A stretch of DNA of 39,663 bases from Actinomycetes bacterium (GTDB lineage Bacteria > Actinomycetota > Acidimicrobiia > Acidimicrobiales > VFJN01), in assembly GCA_031422255.1 (NCBI GenBank), contig JANOQG010000382.1:1-39663 (forward strand), written 5' to 3'. Below, piece by piece: positions 38,304-39,663 of this stretch. The notes below the pieces were generated by a model that was given only the letters and a program-made list of their open reading frames with translations, searched no databases and was not told the DNA's origin. The position numbers and the translations under genes were made by a program. Position 1 is the stretch's first letter. Every line of letters starts with the position of its first letter.

Positions 38304-38426
38304 CGTTGGGACACTAACGGCGAGTGCGGGAAGTCATGTCGGCGACGACGAAGCTGGTGTTCGTGCGCAACTTTTCTCGCACCATCCTCCCGCGCGCGCA
38401 AAACGGATGCTTGACTTGCAAACCGG

Positions 38427-39663
38427 ATGGCTGTCAAGCACGTCGTGGTCGACGGATCCAACCTCGCAACAGAGGGACGCACCTTGCCGAGCTTGCAACA
38501 GCTCGACGAGGCAGTGCGCTCGTTCGTCGACGAATTCGGGCCGGTACAAGTCACCGTCGTGGTCGATGCGAGCTTCCCAAATCGCATCGATGCATCGGAG
38601 CGCGCCGCGTTCGAGGATGGCATCAGCGCGGGCGAGATGATCTCCCCACCCGCCGGAGTCATTGGTCGGGGTGACGCATTCCTTCTGCAGATCGCCGATC
38701 GGGCCGATGCAGTCGTGCTGTCCAACGACTCCTTCCAAGAGTTCCATGGCCAGTACGCGTGGCTGTTCGATCAGGGCCGCCTAGTCGGCGGCAAGCCCGT
38801 ACCCCACGTGGGTTGGGTGTTCATGGACCGTTCGCCGGTCCGGGGCCCGCTCAGCCGTCGATCCGTGAGTGATGCGAAGAAGGCCGCGGCGAAGAAGACT
38901 CCCGCGAAGGCCACCTCGGCGAAGGCCTCGACTGCCAAGTCCTCGCCAGGCAAACAAGCGGCAGCGGTGGCCTCGTCGACCAAAGCGCCCACCGGCCGTA
39001 CACCCAAGCGTGGCGCCAACGATGCAGCCCGCCGCGCCGCCGGTTCCAAAGGCGCTGCGGTGCTCGCGGCGTCGACAGGTGGCCGTACGCGTCAACGGCG
39101 CAGCGGGAGCGGTTCCGGCGGCGGAGTGGAGCCGTACAACGATGCGCTCCCGTTCATCGAGTTCGTCGGCGCACATCCCGTCGGCTCTGTCGTCTCCGGC
39201 GAGGTCGAACGATTCGCATCGCACGGCGCCTATGTCATGGCTGACGGGGCGCGGTGCTACTTGCCGCTCGCCCACTTGGCCGACCCGCCCCCTCGGAGCG
39301 CCCGCGAGGCGCTCAGCATGGGTCGGCCCTATGAGTTCGTGGTCCATGCGTTCGACACCCCGCGCCGCGGTGTCGACCTGACCATGCCTGGTGTCGTGGT
39401 TGTTTCGGCGGGACGTCCCGCCGCGGTGACCTCGGCTGGCGATCCCGTACACCAAACGAACAAGGAGGCACGGGTGGCACCTGCAAAGAAGGCAGCCAAG
39501 AAGGCAGTGAAGCGGAAGGCTCCGGCGAAGAAGAAGGCCGTAGCTCGCAAGGCTCCGGCCAAGCGGAAGGCTCCGGCGAAGAAGAAGGCCGTAGCTCGCA
39601 AGGCTCCGGCCAAGAAGAAGGCTGTAGCCAAGAAGAAGGCTCCGGCGAAGAAGAAGGCCGTAG
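38427..39663 (+). CDS. NYN/PIN (Zc3h12a/Regnase-like) ribonuclease + S1-like domain + histone H1-like Lys/Ala tail; truncated by the window edge
   Basis: Manual translation, open to the end: HVVVDGSNL, VVVDAS, GRGDAFLLQIA, VLSNDSFQEF; VGSVVSGEVERFASHGAYV...YLPLAHL; then (KAPAKKKAVA)n. Confidence 0.88.
   Translation, partial: MAVKHVVVDGSNLATEGRTLPSLQQLDEAVRSFVDEFGPVQVTVVVDASFPNRIDASERAAFEDGISAGEMISPPAGVIGRGDAFLLQIADRADAVVLSNDSFQEFHGQYAWLFDQGRLVGGKPVPHVGWVFMDRSPVRGPLSRRSVSDAKKAAAKKTPAKATSAKASTAKSSPGKQAAAVASSTKAPTGRTPKRGANDAARRAAGSKGAAVLAASTGGRTRQRRSGSGSGGGVEPYNDALPFIEFVGAHPVGSVVSGEVERFASHGAYVMADGARCYLPLAHLADPPPRSAREALSMGRPYEFVVHAFDTPRRGVDLTMPGVVVVSAGRPAAVTSAGDPVHQTNKEARVAPAKKAAKKAVKRKAPAKKKAVARKAPAKRKAPAKKKAVARKAPAKKKAVAKKKAPAKKKAV
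39406..39423. promoter_or_regulatory. Perfect 18-bp palindrome CGGCGGGACGTCCCGCCG inside the NYN-S1 gene
   Basis: Perfect dyad in the linker, about 50 nt upstream of the internal GTG; function unknown. Confidence 0.4.
39462..39476 (+). promoter_or_regulatory. Internal in-frame ribosome binding site AAGGAGG-N5-GTG
   Basis: Perfect Shine-Dalgarno preceded by A/C-rich ACACCAAACGAAC; GTG 39474 is codon 350 of the long ORF, at the start of the AKK tail. Confidence 0.65.
39510..39663 (+). repeat. Coding tandem repeat: two identical 51-bp units plus shorter variants (KRKAPAKKKAVARKAPA)
   Basis: 39510-39560 is identical to 39561-39611, followed by degenerate units to the edge. Confidence 0.9.

Noticed and set aside
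39329-39631. 100-aa minus-strand ORF rich in AFF repeats
   Set aside because: Antisense of the AKK repeat; the plus frame has the RBS and the domain context
39510-39663. Tandem repeats as a possible CRISPR array
   Set aside because: No unique spacers; unit length is a multiple of 3 and encodes the Lys/Ala tail; no cas genes

Overview
High-GC actinobacterial chromosomal window; gene content and style suggest Acidimicrobiia, which is an inference. Core genes: lipid/acyl-CoA catabolism (two MFE-2-type SDRs, MaoC hydratase, acyl-CoA synthetase, acyl-CoA dehydrogenase, F420 LLM oxidoreductase, NMO/FabK-like flavoprotein), phoU, nucS, an ABC1 kinase, a membrane GGDEF-EAL protein, cysDNC flanked by two cysQ paralogues, ettA, kgd, a HAD hydrolase and an M20 peptidase. 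Two accessory patches (about 7.6-13 kb and 17.8-21.5 kb) hold small detox-type genes, a DUF222-HNH gene behind a PafBC/RecA-NDp-like promoter, and eroded gene remnants. The most unusual element is missing from the supplied ORF track because it runs off the right edge. It starts at 38427 and encodes a Regnase-like NYN/PIN ribonuclease domain, a basic linker, an S1-like domain and a histone-H1-like AKK repeat tail. That tail has its own in-frame AAGGAGG Shine-Dalgarno plus GTG, about 50 nt downstream of a perfect 18-bp palindrome. No rRNA, tRNA, CRISPR array or transposase was seen.
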